From NCBI RefSeq assembly GCF_001194135.2, contig NC_068981.1:172037162-172101161 (forward strand): a stretch of 64,000 bases of DNA. The letters are read 5' to 3'. The notes below the pieces were generated by a model. The model saw nothing but the letters and a program-made list of their open reading frames with translations, was not told the DNA's origin and made no database searches. Origin of the DNA: Octopus bimaculoides. Lineage: Eukaryota. Of this stretch, positions 1 through 11,003 are shown piece by piece (position 1 is the stretch's first letter; each line of letters opens with the position of its first letter). The translations under genes were made by a program, and so were the position numbers.

Positions 1-32
<32 letters not shown>

Positions 33-33
33 T
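1..33. repeat. (TAC)n microsatellite
   Basis: Direct reading of about 11 TAC units, just before a SINE head. Confidence 0.95.
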
Positions 34-38
34 GCAAG

Positions 39-271
39 GCGACGAGCTGGCAGAAACGTTAGCACGCCGGGCGAAATGCTTTGCAGTATTTCGTCTGCCG
101 TTACGTTCTGAGTTCAAATTCCGTCGATGTCGACTTTGCTTTTCATCCTTTCGGGGTCGATAAATTAAGTACCAGTTACGCACTGGGGTCGATGTAATCG
201 ACTTAATCCCTTTGTCTGTCCTTGTTTGTCCCCTCTATGTTTAGTCCCTTGTGGGTAATAAAAAAATAAGA
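39..271 (+). mobile_element. tRNA-derived SINE family A, full length, tail type 1
   Basis: Head GGCGACGAGCTGGCAGAAACGTTAG (A-box-like) and GAGTTCAAATTCC (B-box-like); body GACTTTGCTTTTCATCCTTTCGGGGTCGATAAATTAAGTACCAG; tail ...CCCTTGTGGGTAATAAAAAAATAAGAA. Very similar copy at 44031-44269. Confidence 0.85.
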
Positions 272-480
272 ATCGTTAGCACGCCGGGCAAAATGCTTAG
301 CGGTATTTCTCCCGTTGCTACGTTCTGAGTTCAAGTCCTGCCGAGGTCGACTTTGCCGTTTATCCTCTCAGAATTGATAAATTGAGTACCAGTCGAGTGC
401 TGGGGGCGTCGATGTAATCGACTTAAACCCTGCCAAGAAATTTCAGGCCTTGTGCCTATAGTAAAGAGGATAATTATTAT
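272..480 (+). mobile_element. SINE family A, slightly 5'-truncated, tail type 2
   Basis: Same body as 39-271, with tail AAATTTCAGGCCTTGTGCCTATAGTAAAGAGGATAATTATT. Confidence 0.85.
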
Positions 481-488
481 TACTAACT

Positions 489-720
489 GGCGAGCTGGCA
501 GAATTGTTAGCACGCCGGGCGAAATACTTAGCGATATTTCGTCTGCCGCTCGTTCTGAGTTCAAATACCGCCGAGGTCGACTTTGCCTTTCATCCTTTCG
601 GGGTCGGTAAATTAAGCACCAGTGAAACACTGGGGTCGATGTAATCGACTATACCCCTCCCCCAAATTTCAGGCCTTGTACCTATAGTAGAAAGGATTAT
701 TATTATTATTATTATTACTA
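489..720 (+). mobile_element. SINE family A, full length, tail type 2 ending in (ATT)n
   Basis: GGCGAGCTGGCAGAA head, conserved body, tail AAATTTCAGGCCTTGTACCTATAGTAGAAAGG(ATT)n. Confidence 0.85.
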
Positions 721-901
721 TATTTATCCTAATGATTCTGCCAGCTCGCCGCTCTATGTCATTGTACGATATTGCTGGGTGAGTAGTAAGGGGGCTTGTC
801 AGTTAGTGTTAGCTCGGGTTCGATTCTTCGCCGATGGATGAGATTTAATATATTGACGGTGTCGGCGGTGATAACAGTGTAGTCAATATGATGGAAATGT
901 A

Positions 902-1152
902 TTGGGTTGGTGCATAATTATCACGGCTTTTTTTCAGCAAATTTTATCCAGCAAAAACAATAACAATATTTAACAAAAGAATCTTTAAGTGACGGTCTGA
1001 CCGTCTGCCAAGCAAATGAGAAGTAGTAATTGTAGTAGATGGCGAATATGCTCCAGAATAATCATTTAAAGATGTTTTTATTACATGTTATTATTGTTTT
1101 TGTTGAATAAAATTTGTTGAAAAAAAGCCGCTATAATTATGCACCAACCCAA
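902..1152. mobile_element. Mariner-derived MITE (251 bp)
   Basis: Imperfect terminal inverted repeats of about 65-70 bp (TTGGGTTGGTGCATAATTAT... / ...ATAATTATGCACCAACCCAA), flanked by TA at 900-901 and 1153-1154. The TIR start resembles Hsmar1/MADE-type TTAGGTTGGTGCA. Confidence 0.9.
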
Positions 1153-2297
1153 TAGAAAGAGAGATCCCTTGCGTACATTTGAAGTATGCTGAAATATAGG
1201 AAGTTTATCATTGTTCGTTGTTCCCTATATTTACTCTTCCATTTACACAACTTAGTTTTCATTAAACATTACTAAAATGTAGCAATTAAGTTATTTCTAC
1301 CATTGGAATACTACAAATTTTAGAGAGGAGTGTTGTCAACTGAATCGATCCTTGTATTCTATTTATCAAGACCGGCAGAAGAATAAACAATAAACTTGCT
1401 CTCGGCAGGTTTTGGACTCAAGACGTAAAGGCATGTCATCTTGTCCGCTGTTCTAAAATACAGCAAATATATCTGTCTTCAATTTCCGCAAGCCAGCGAG
1501 GTCTCTGCTTGGTCTCCGATCAGCGACAAACAGCAGCCAAATATTCCTCGAAACCCACCCTTGTGATTATTTTAAATCATAGACACATCATTAGCTAGAA
1601 CGTTTTGATCAAAAATCAGTTAAATCAGGATTGCCTGAGGACAAACATCATGACAAGAACAAAAACAGTTATTTAACTTCTATTGCTGATGACATATGAC
1701 ATAAACCTAAAAACAACCTTTAAAAAACCCTAAAAACAGAAACGTAATGAAAGGATACGTTATTTTTGCTTAGGAGAAGCAGTACTGACTGCATATTTTA
1801 TATCTTTATTATATAAATCGATTTCTATCATTAAAAGAAAGCCACCGATATCTTAATGATATAATTGATACTGTGAGCGTGGCAAATGACAGAAATGATA
1901 TAATGTCAGACAAAGGCGTCTTTATTTATTTATGTATTTATTTATTTATTTATTGTTTCTTTAGTCATTGTGCTGTGAGATAGAACTTCTTCGCCGCCAG
2001 TTTTGCCTTTCATCTCGCAGATTGGATAAAATAAGTATCATTCAAGTACTGCAGTCGATTAAATTCTCAAACGGCACACCCATCTCTCCAAATTCGTAGC
2101 ATTACTCCAAGATTAGAAATCTATATTGTGATATCCAAAACCGGTTGATGGAAAAATCAGTCGGGTATCAAACAGTATTATATGCATTATTTGGGTACGT
2201 ATCTTTACGTTCTGAATTCTAAATATTAAGAGAACAGAAAAAACGAAAATTGTAGACGTTTAAGTTTCGTTGTTAAATAGTATTTACATTACTTAGT

Positions 2298-2674
2298 GTG
2301 GAGGCGCAATGGCCCAGTGGTTAGGGCAGCGAAATCGCGGTCATAGGATCGATTCCCAGACCGGGCGTTGTGAGTGTTTAGTGGGCGAAAACACCTGAAG
2401 CTCCACGAGGCTCCGGCAGGGGATGGTGGCGAACCCTGCTGTACTCTTTCACCACAACTTTCTCTCACTCTTACTTCCTGTTTCTCTTGTCCCTGTAATT
2501 CAAAAGGTCAGCCTTGTCACACTGTGTCACGCTGAATATCCCCGAGAACTACGTTAAGGGTACACGTGTCTGTGGAGTGCTCAGCCATTTGCACGTTAAT
2601 TTCACGAGCAGGCTGTTCCGTTGATCGGATCAACTGGAACCCTCGACGCCGTAAGCGACGGAGTGCCAACAACA
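2298..2674 (+). mobile_element. tRNA-derived SINE family B (about 380 bp)
   Basis: A-box TGGCCCAGTGG and degenerate B-box GATCGATTCCC; highly similar along its whole length to 33652-34036. Confidence 0.85.
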
Positions 2675-2762
2675 CACTAAGTTCACACCCGTCATTCTAG
2701 AAATCCATATTAATAACATTTAACAATATATGTATTTGAAAATCAAATACAAAATAAAATAT

Positions 2763-3205
2763 GGTGCAAATTGTAAAAAAAAAAAACGGTAAGAAAAATA
2801 AATCGTGTTGTTAATTATAAACACTAAGGTGCCAATTGTAAACAAGATCTATTGTAAATAATGCTCTGAAGAGCTAATTATAAACAATATTCTAATTGCT
2901 TTAAAAAGCTATGGCGCTATTTGTAAATAACACTCACGCTGTCAGTCGTACACATACACTAAAATAATTATGATATTAAGTGTAAATAAGAAACAAAAGT
3001 GCTAATTGCAGATAATACTCTACAGTGATATGCATAAAAAATATATAAATATAAAACTAATATGGGAAAAATTGTAAACAATCCTTAGAAATGTATATGG
3101 GTCTATTCGTAAACAATACTTTCAGTGACAATTCTAAACAATTCTTTAAAACAATTTGCGAAGAGACAATTCTGGAAACTTGGCGCTTATTCGCTTGTAA
3201 ACAAC
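2763..3205 (+). promoter_or_regulatory. Degenerate repeat with a homotypic cluster of forkhead-type (RYAAAYA) and Sox-type (AACAAT) motifs
   Basis: RYAAAYA at 2817, 2838, 2854, 2880, 2923, 2982, 3045, 3074, 3109 and 3197, all on +. AACAAT at 2883, 3077, 3112, 3137 and 3150. Recurring context GGYGCNAWTTGTAAAYAA. Regulatory function is inferred only. Confidence 0.3.
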
Positions 3206-3658
3206 CCGATCTGAAGATATGTAATTTGCCGCAGGATCTAGTGAATAAACTATTACTGCTATCATTGACAGTGTTGATGTTGTTGTTCTTGTTCTTGTTT
3301 TCTTTTATAAAAATGGTGATACAGATCATTAAGTCGAAACGTTAGTTGCAATAAATATCCCAATATATCTTCGGGGACATTTGCTGAAAGCCAAAAAGTA
3401 ATAATTTAATATTGTAACGATACATTGTTTTCCCAGCTTAAAACCTTCGTAATATTGATAAGACTTTTTAAATAAATTAACCAAACTATCCATTTCTTTT
3501 TCTTTTCTTCCCCCCACCCCAACCTTTTTTACGACAGTTACATCTTGTAGCATCACAGAAATTACATAGTGATGTTACTTTTCTTCTTCTAGTACAGAAG
3601 AGAAGAATCACGTGAAAGAGTGCGCAAATTGATTATTACTCATATAGATGGTGTAATG

Positions 3659-3709
<51 letters not shown>

Positions 3710-3831
3710 ACACATGCATACATACATATTTTCCTGCAATATAAGGATAATCTATCCTATACATGTTGTTCAGCATTATTCTGCGCTTGAGAATAAGTTG
3801 TTTCCATCTCTGTATATTATATTACATATAT

Positions 3832-4020
3832 NNNNNNNNNNNNNNNNNNNNNNNNNNNNNNNNNNNNNNNNNNNNNNNNNNNNNNNNNNNNNNNNNNNNN
3901 NNNNNNNNNNNNNNNNNNNNNNNNNNNNNNNNNNNNNNNNNNNNNNNNNNNNNNNNNNNNNNNNNNNNNNNNNNNNNNNNNNNNNNNNNNNNNNNNNNNN
4001 NNNNNNNNNNNNNNNNNNNN
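3832..4020. other. Assembly gap (first of 18 N-runs; others include 4855-5155, 6828-7106, 8346-8810, 22588-23055, 39302-40080, 42280-42729)
   Basis: N characters; most runs are bordered by (TA)n or (GT)n arrays, typical of short-read assemblies. Confidence 0.99.
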
Positions 4021-4082
<62 letters not shown>

Positions 4083-4555
4083 GTGTCTGTCTGTCTGTCT
4101 GTGTCTGTGTAAGTATATATAAATATAAATATATATATATTTATATTTATATACACGCAGACAGACATTCATACACATTGATAATATATATATGCATACA
4201 CACGTAACCATGCGCACCTACTCTGTCCAGTAGGATCGCGAATGCCAACTATACTGCCAAATAACAAGAAAATAAACAAATATCCATGTACTTATTTGCT
4301 GATCCCTTCCTCTATGTACGAAGGCTGTCATAGTAGTATGTATTACCCCTTGTAAGTGACTGGCGAAGGCATATTCGGACAAAGTAGCAGTTTGTTTCTG
4401 ATTGTCAAACGTCAGATTCCCTTCCACAATAGCTGTGCCTCACTAAAGGATTAAATATATATAAACACGTACATACACATATGCATACCCATACATGCAC
4501 ACACACATTCACACACGCACATGCGTGTGCATGTATGTACATATATGTGTGTGCG

Positions 4556-4593
<38 letters not shown>

Positions 4594-5155
4594 GTTTATA
4601 TTTATATAAAGGGCATTATTACAGAAAATAATAACGCCACACTGGACTTCTCAAAATAACCACATTTAGTACCTAATGCGAGGAAAAACAACCAACAGAA
4701 GACGACCAACTTTCTTTTAAATAAACTTAACTGTGTATCGGCCGATTTCGCGATTACTAGAATGAATCTAGATTTCGTTCATCAGCACAGTATTGTCCCA
4801 AAAATATATACAAATAAACAGAATTCTCACCTCACCAAAAACGAACACCCTATGNNNNNNNNNNNNNNNNNNNNNNNNNNNNNNNNNNNNNNNNNNNNNN
4901 NNNNNNNNNNNNNNNNNNNNNNNNNNNNNNNNNNNNNNNNNNNNNNNNNNNNNNNNNNNNNNNNNNNNNNNNNNNNNNNNNNNNNNNNNNNNNNNNNNNN
5001 NNNNNNNNNNNNNNNNNNNNNNNNNNNNNNNNNNNNNNNNNNNNNNNNNNNNNNNNNNNNNNNNNNNNNNNNNNNNNNNNNNNNNNNNNNNNNNNNNNNN
5101 NNNNNNNNNNNNNNNNNNNNNNNNNNNNNNNNNNNNNNNNNNNNNNNNNNNNNNN

Positions 5156-5190
<35 letters not shown>

Positions 5191-5331
5191 GTTTATATTT
5201 ATATAAAGGGCATTATTACAGAAAATAATAACGCCACACTGGACTTCTCAAAATAACCACATTTAGTACCTAATGCGAGGAAAAACAACTTCTTGATAAA
5301 ATTGTTGTAAAAGAGTTTTATCCCTTTTTGA

Positions 5332-5368
<37 letters not shown>

Positions 5369-5371
<3 letters not shown>

Positions 5372-6372
5372 GAGGGGAAGTCAAAAATTACCTGCAATTT
5401 CCCCATAACATATCTCTATCATTGTCAGACAGCTTTCTGCGCATGCGTGCTTATAGTTGGTACTATTGTGGTCACGTGATCGAAGTTTGAGCCTGATCGC
5501 GCCATTTTTCTTTCTGGTTTGACAGTGTAAGCATGGCCAATCCACTAGCGATGTGCACCAAAGAAGAACAGAAAGCAGTGAACCGATTTCTCTGATCGGA
5601 AGGTGTGTCAGGTGTTGAAATTTATCGGAGGCTTTTTGCACAATACATCTTGAGGTCTGCCAACGTTTACTCGATCGCTATAACAATGAGGACGAGGAAG
5701 TTTTGAGCAGAATAGTCACAGGAGTTGAAACGTAAGTCCGTCATTACGAGGTAGAATCCAAACGACAGAGTATGGGGTGGAAAGGTCCTGGCTTGCCAGC
5801 GACGAAGAAATGCAAGACTCAGTTTTCCGTAGAAAGGTTGATGCTAACATTTTTTAGAGACTCAAAAGTGCCTATACTGGAAGACTACCTGGAAAGGGGG
5901 TGTACGATCAACAGTGCAAGATACAGTGTTTCGCTGGCCAACAAACTGAAGCCACCAAACGCCGAAGCCTATTTTTGAAGAAAGTTTTGTTGTTGCATGA
6001 CAATGCACACTACACACGACCGCCCGGACTGTTGAAACCATTAACCAATTGGGTTTTGAGGTGCCGGAACACTGCCTACATCCCAGATCATACCCCCTCC
6101 TGGCTATCATATTTTTGGACCGCTCAAAGATGCTTTACGAGGTCTTCGATTTCCTACGAATGAAGATTTGAAGGAAGCGGTACATAAATGGTTGCATAAC
6201 CAACCGAAAACCTTCTTCTTGAAGGGAATACGCAGACTTATGGACCTGCTGGACTAAGTGTATCGAAAAGGAAGGAAGTTATGTAGAAAAATTACCTTCT
6301 TATTTATCTCCTGCTTTTGTGTAAATACATTGGAAAAACAAGAGTGCGTATAATGTTTAACTCACCCTCGTA
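5369..6372 (+). mobile_element. Mariner transposon, internally deleted and decayed (CGAGGG-type TIRs)
   Basis: TIRs CACGAGGGGAAGTCAAAAATTA / TAATGTTTAACTCACCCTCGTA. Translated remnants MCTKEEQKAVNRFL, SRIVTGVET*VRHYEVESKRQSMGWK, LLHDNAH and FGPLKDALRG match mariner transposase motifs; stops and frameshifts present. Confidence 0.9.
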
Positions 6373-7679
6373 TATGTATTCTCTTTCTTAATTATTTGAA
6401 ATCATAATCTGAAGAAGAATCTGGTTTCTAACAAAGGTACAAAACTCCACCGTTGGAATGTAGATAACAAAAATAATGTCACATTTTAAACATGAAAAAG
6501 TTCTTCTTGCAAACTTCTGTTGCCCCACTTAGAGACTGTGCTTGTAGTGTACGAGTTAGTCGGATGATTTCTTTTTCTGAAAACACTAATTCAAATTGTC
6601 ATTTTAGGCATTTACTGACAAAACCAAGTGCAGCAATTCGTATGAATGTGAATTTATAATCTGGATATAGAAGTTGGAGGTACTGACAGGGTAGATAATA
6701 ATCCTATGAGCGGAGCAAAGCTCGAAAGCTGGACTGCATTGCTCTTATACATTGTGTACCTCCATTGTTCCTATACATATATAAACACACACACACACAC
6801 AAACACTCATCTGCGTATGTTTGTGTTNNNNNNNNNNNNNNNNNNNNNNNNNNNNNNNNNNNNNNNNNNNNNNNNNNNNNNNNNNNNNNNNNNNNNNNNN
6901 NNNNNNNNNNNNNNNNNNNNNNNNNNNNNNNNNNNNNNNNNNNNNNNNNNNNNNNNNNNNNNNNNNNNNNNNNNNNNNNNNNNNNNNNNNNNNNNNNNNN
7001 NNNNNNNNNNNNNNNNNNNNNNNNNNNNNNNNNNNNNNNNNNNNNNNNNNNNNNNNNNNNNNNNNNNNNNNNNNNNNNNNNNNNNNNNNNNNNNNNNNNN
7101 NNNNNNCAATGAGAGTTCTGCCATCTGTGACTCCAAGAAGTTTCGGTCAACATTGAACAATAAAAAATACGATATACGTAACACTCCAAATAGGAAAGTA
7201 GTTATGAGAAATGGGCAGGGTGAGAAACTACAGAAATGGTGATATTTCTTCGTTGCAGATGTGCAGATGCTAGAAGTCTGTGTCATGCAGTCTTACTCGT
7301 TAAACACAGATGCTTAGCTAATGCAAGGGTATTTTTTATTAAGATAAGAAAGAGCAGCGTGCACATCAGACACTCTTGTTCTCACAAAATATGCTCAGTG
7401 GCAAGATGAAATCAAACCAACTGAGCTTGTACAGGGAATGTCGGAGATTCATTAAAGGGACCTCCAAACCTCGCACTACCATCTGAATTGGTATTTGTCC
7501 AGGCCGTAAAAGATTATTCAAGATGTCTGCCCTTCATCATAGCTTCCAACTTAATATGATGGTGTGTTGACATTTGCACCAGTCGTTTCCATTGGACAGC
7601 TGCCACCATATTCGAAGCGATAAAGATGAAGGTTTATTTTCATTTTCCGACAGACATATTAACACATTTAATTATAAAC

Positions 7680-8090
7680 ACATATACACACACACGCACA
7701 CACACCTACAAACGCACATGTTTACATACACATATACATGTGCTCATATATTTACACACACATGCGCACACATGCATATACATACACACACACACACAGA
7801 AAGAAACACACACAAGTGCAGATACAAATACTCACGCAGACTTACACAAATACACATTCTAAAATACACTCATATACACGCAATCACACTCATACACACA
7901 CATACGAATACGTAAACACATACACTCACGTAAACGGATACAATAAGACTTACACACATAAACACAAGCACACAGTTACAAATAACGATAGGTGTGTGCA
8001 CACGCGCACACACACACATACACCTAAAAATGCAATCACACACATTCACACGCACACGCACATGTCAAACGCTCACACAAACACATGACA
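7680..8090. repeat. Degenerate (CA)/(CACATA)-rich simple repeat
   Basis: About 400 bp of imperfect CA repeats; source of the spurious His/Thr ORFs. Confidence 0.9.
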
Positions 8091-8298
8091 AGTGCAGTAT
8101 GACAAAGAAACCGAAGATACGTCACCAAGCTCTGCTGTAAGAGCTTTAAATTACGTGATAATTATTAGGCTTCTATGACATCTTGTGAACAGGACATGTT
8201 TGGTAATCGGTCTTGTTGGCTGCTCATTACTGTGTGCATGTAGTGGTGGGTGAGGGGTTGCTTTGCACGCACGTAATTGTGTGTGCGCAGGTGTACAT

Positions 8299-8345
<47 letters not shown>

Positions 8346-8957
8346 NNNNNNNNNNNNNNNNNNNNNNNNNNNNNNNNNNNNNNNNNNNNNNNNNNNNNNN
8401 NNNNNNNNNNNNNNNNNNNNNNNNNNNNNNNNNNNNNNNNNNNNNNNNNNNNNNNNNNNNNNNNNNNNNNNNNNNNNNNNNNNNNNNNNNNNNNNNNNNN
8501 NNNNNNNNNNNNNNNNNNNNNNNNNNNNNNNNNNNNNNNNNNNNNNNNNNNNNNNNNNNNNNNNNNNNNNNNNNNNNNNNNNNNNNNNNNNNNNNNNNNN
8601 NNNNNNNNNNNNNNNNNNNNNNNNNNNNNNNNNNNNNNNNNNNNNNNNNNNNNNNNNNNNNNNNNNNNNNNNNNNNNNNNNNNNNNNNNNNNNNNNNNNN
8701 NNNNNNNNNNNNNNNNNNNNNNNNNNNNNNNNNNNNNNNNNNNNNNNNNNNNNNNNNNNNNNNNNNNNNNNNNNNNNNNNNNNNNNNNNNNNNNNNNNNN
8801 NNNNNNNNNNNAATACCTACTCATGTATTTACCGTGCAAGTGGATAAACATTTCATCAACACGGCTATCCTTAATGAAATTCCCAAGCCAAATCAGCATC
8901 GTGCAAACTTATGAGACTGAACTTTCGATTTATAGGTACAATCCGGATATATATATA

Positions 8958-10201
8958 TTCGGTTGTTTCACATGAAATGTCGTATTTGAAAGGTAACAAT
9001 AAAATGTTTCAGAAGTGTTAGAGAACTGATTTATTTAATCAAAGTATGATCCATGTTCATTTATGACATTTACCCAACGTTTCTCTATGTCATATATTCC
9101 ATCTTTAAAAAATAGCTCATCTTTTGCTGTGATAAACTGTCCAAATGCTTCAATTACATCTTCTCTATTTAACAATGTTTTATAGCTTATGAAAAATTCA
9201 AAATACTTAACTAAGCGATGATCAGTAGGAGTGATATCAGGGGAATAGGGAGGATGTTGCAAAATCTCATAATTCAGGCTTTGCAACTTTTGGACCGTAG
9301 CTTGAGGAGTGTGAGGACCTGCATTTTCGTGGAGCAAAATTGGGCCATCTCTGTTCTCTAGTCTGGGTTGCTTCTTTTTCAAATTTTCATGCATACAATC
9401 AATTTCCTGGCAATACGATATTGATGTTACCGTTTATCCTTGTTGCAAAAATGAATAATGAATAACTCCCTTCGCAGACCACCATACAGTGACCACTAAC
9501 TTTTTAGAGTGCAATGGTGGGTTTGGGTAGTATTTAGGTGACTCTGCTGCATCTGTCCTATTCTCCTGCTATTGTCAAAGAGTATCCATTTCTCATCACA
9601 AATAATGATTTGATGCACAAATGGTCTTTTTCCAGTCGAGAAACCTATAAGGAGCACACTTCGAGGCGTCTGTAAGTTTTTAATCTCATTCGGTTGACGT
9701 GGAACAACCCTATCCGTTTTCTTGACTTTTCCAATTTTTTACAGGTGTCCAAAAACAGTTGTGTGTGATGTTTGGAGTTCTGATGAAAGTTTTCGAATCT
9801 TTGTTCTCGGATTTTGTTCAACCAAAGTATTTAATCCATCATGCCGAATAACTGATTTTGGCCTACCCTTGGTTTATTTTCAAGGTTATCATCTCCTGAA
9901 TGAGAGCTTTGGAACCATCTCTGAACAGTTCGGATGTCAGCAAAACCATTACCAAAGGCCCGTTTGATATTCCGTAGAGCTTCTGCAGTAGAGTGACCCA
10001 GTTTGTACTCATACGAGAAAATCACTCAACATAGTTTGGTTGTTATCATTTTCCTATGGTCTGTGGGTACGAATTTTGTATACCAATACTGTTGGGAAAG
10101 AAAAAGAGTCAGGATAAAATGCAAAGTATACATAATTGAGTTTTTAAATGACTAAAATAATAAGTAATTAAAAATGCGACATTTCATGTTAAACAACCTT
10201 T
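8958..10201 (-). mobile_element. Near full-length decayed mariner (about 1.24 kb)
   Basis: TIRs GGTTGTTTCACATGAAATGTCGTATTT (left) and AAATGCGACATTTCATGTTAAACAACC (right), in TA context. ORF remnants YEYKLGHSTAEALRNIKRAFG...RTVQRWF and LLHENAGPH...HPPYSPDITPTDHRLVKY...G.YFD. Confidence 0.92.
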
Positions 10202-10375
10202 TATATATATATATATATNNNNNNNNNNNNNNNNNNNNNNNNNNNNNNNNNNNNNNNNNNNNNNNNNNNNNNNNNNNNNNNNNNNNNNNNNNNNNNNNNN
10301 NNNNNNNNNNNNNNNNNNNNNNNNNNNNNNNNNNNNNNNNNNNNNNNNNNNNNNNNNNNNNNNNNNNNNNNNNNN

Positions 10376-10490
10376 GTGTATACATAGCTGAAATTTGTAG
10401 AAAACAAAAGACGAAGACAGGTGTATGAACAACAAGCAGGTGTATTAGATTGACTCTCGGGAAAGTGAAAAAGTTTTTGTTTCTCACCAC
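10376..10490 (-). mobile_element. Interspersed repeat fragment, probably a Penelope-like 3' terminus
   Basis: Clearly homologous to 18685-18860. The class assignment is from memory of PLE tails with the ...CGAAACG motif seen in the other copy. Confidence 0.4.
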
Positions 10491-10491
10491 C

Positions 10492-10628
10492 GCTTGACAA
10501 TTGGTTTGTGTTTGTTGGCGTCCCCGTAACATGGCAGTTTGGCTAAGGGGTCGATTAATTCGACTAAAGCCTCCAAGGTGATGTTTCAGCATGACTGCAA
10601 TCCAATGACCGAAACAAGTAAAAGATAT
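10492..10628 (+). mobile_element. SINE family C 3' portion
   Basis: ...TCGACTAAAGCC...CAGCATGACTGCAATCCAATGACCGAAACAAGTAAAAGATA is homologous to 21590-21760. Confidence 0.6.
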
Positions 10629-10783
10629 ATATGCTTTTCTATTTTTGGAGCAGTGTATCTCGAGTCACATAAAGCTATAAAGCATTTGGTTGAAATTCTT
10701 ATGTATCTAGAGCGATAGAAGTAGTATTAATACGAAAAGACAATAATCATCTCCAACTTAACATAGAATGCTGCGATACTTAC

Positions 10784-11003
10784 CTCGAGAAAACCTCTCT
10801 TATGGACTCGTGGTGCATAAAAAAACACGTATTTATGTCGTTGACAGGCGAGAATCGTCTGCTACGGCCACCAGAACTGCCAGATCCCGGTAATTGTCCC
10901 TGTTTCCCTGTTTAAGCTCCTCAGTGTCTGGTAGCGACATAACAACCGAATCTCCCTGTCAATGATATATAGAATTCCGGTGTCTATTCAGTCACTGACG
11001 TCG
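10784..11003 (-). promoter_or_regulatory. Candidate first exon and proximal promoter of an unidentified minus-strand transcript
   Basis: Consensus donor GAG|GTAAGT (minus strand, intron starts 10783), about 13 CpG in about 220 bp, TGACGTC CRE-like site at 10996-11002, and no homology to repeats seen elsewhere in the window. Confidence 0.3.

Noticed and set aside
2763-3205. Repeat-spacer pattern reminiscent of a CRISPR array
   Set aside because: Repeats are highly degenerate, spacing is irregular, there are no cas genes, and the context is a eukaryotic genome.
3091-3556. ORFs of 75-90 aa around 3.1-3.5 kb
   Set aside because: They overlap the degenerate repeat and low-complexity tracts, with no recognisable protein features.
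7110-7640. Possible additional R4-like RT fragment
   Set aside because: Only faint motif resemblance; too decayed to support a call.
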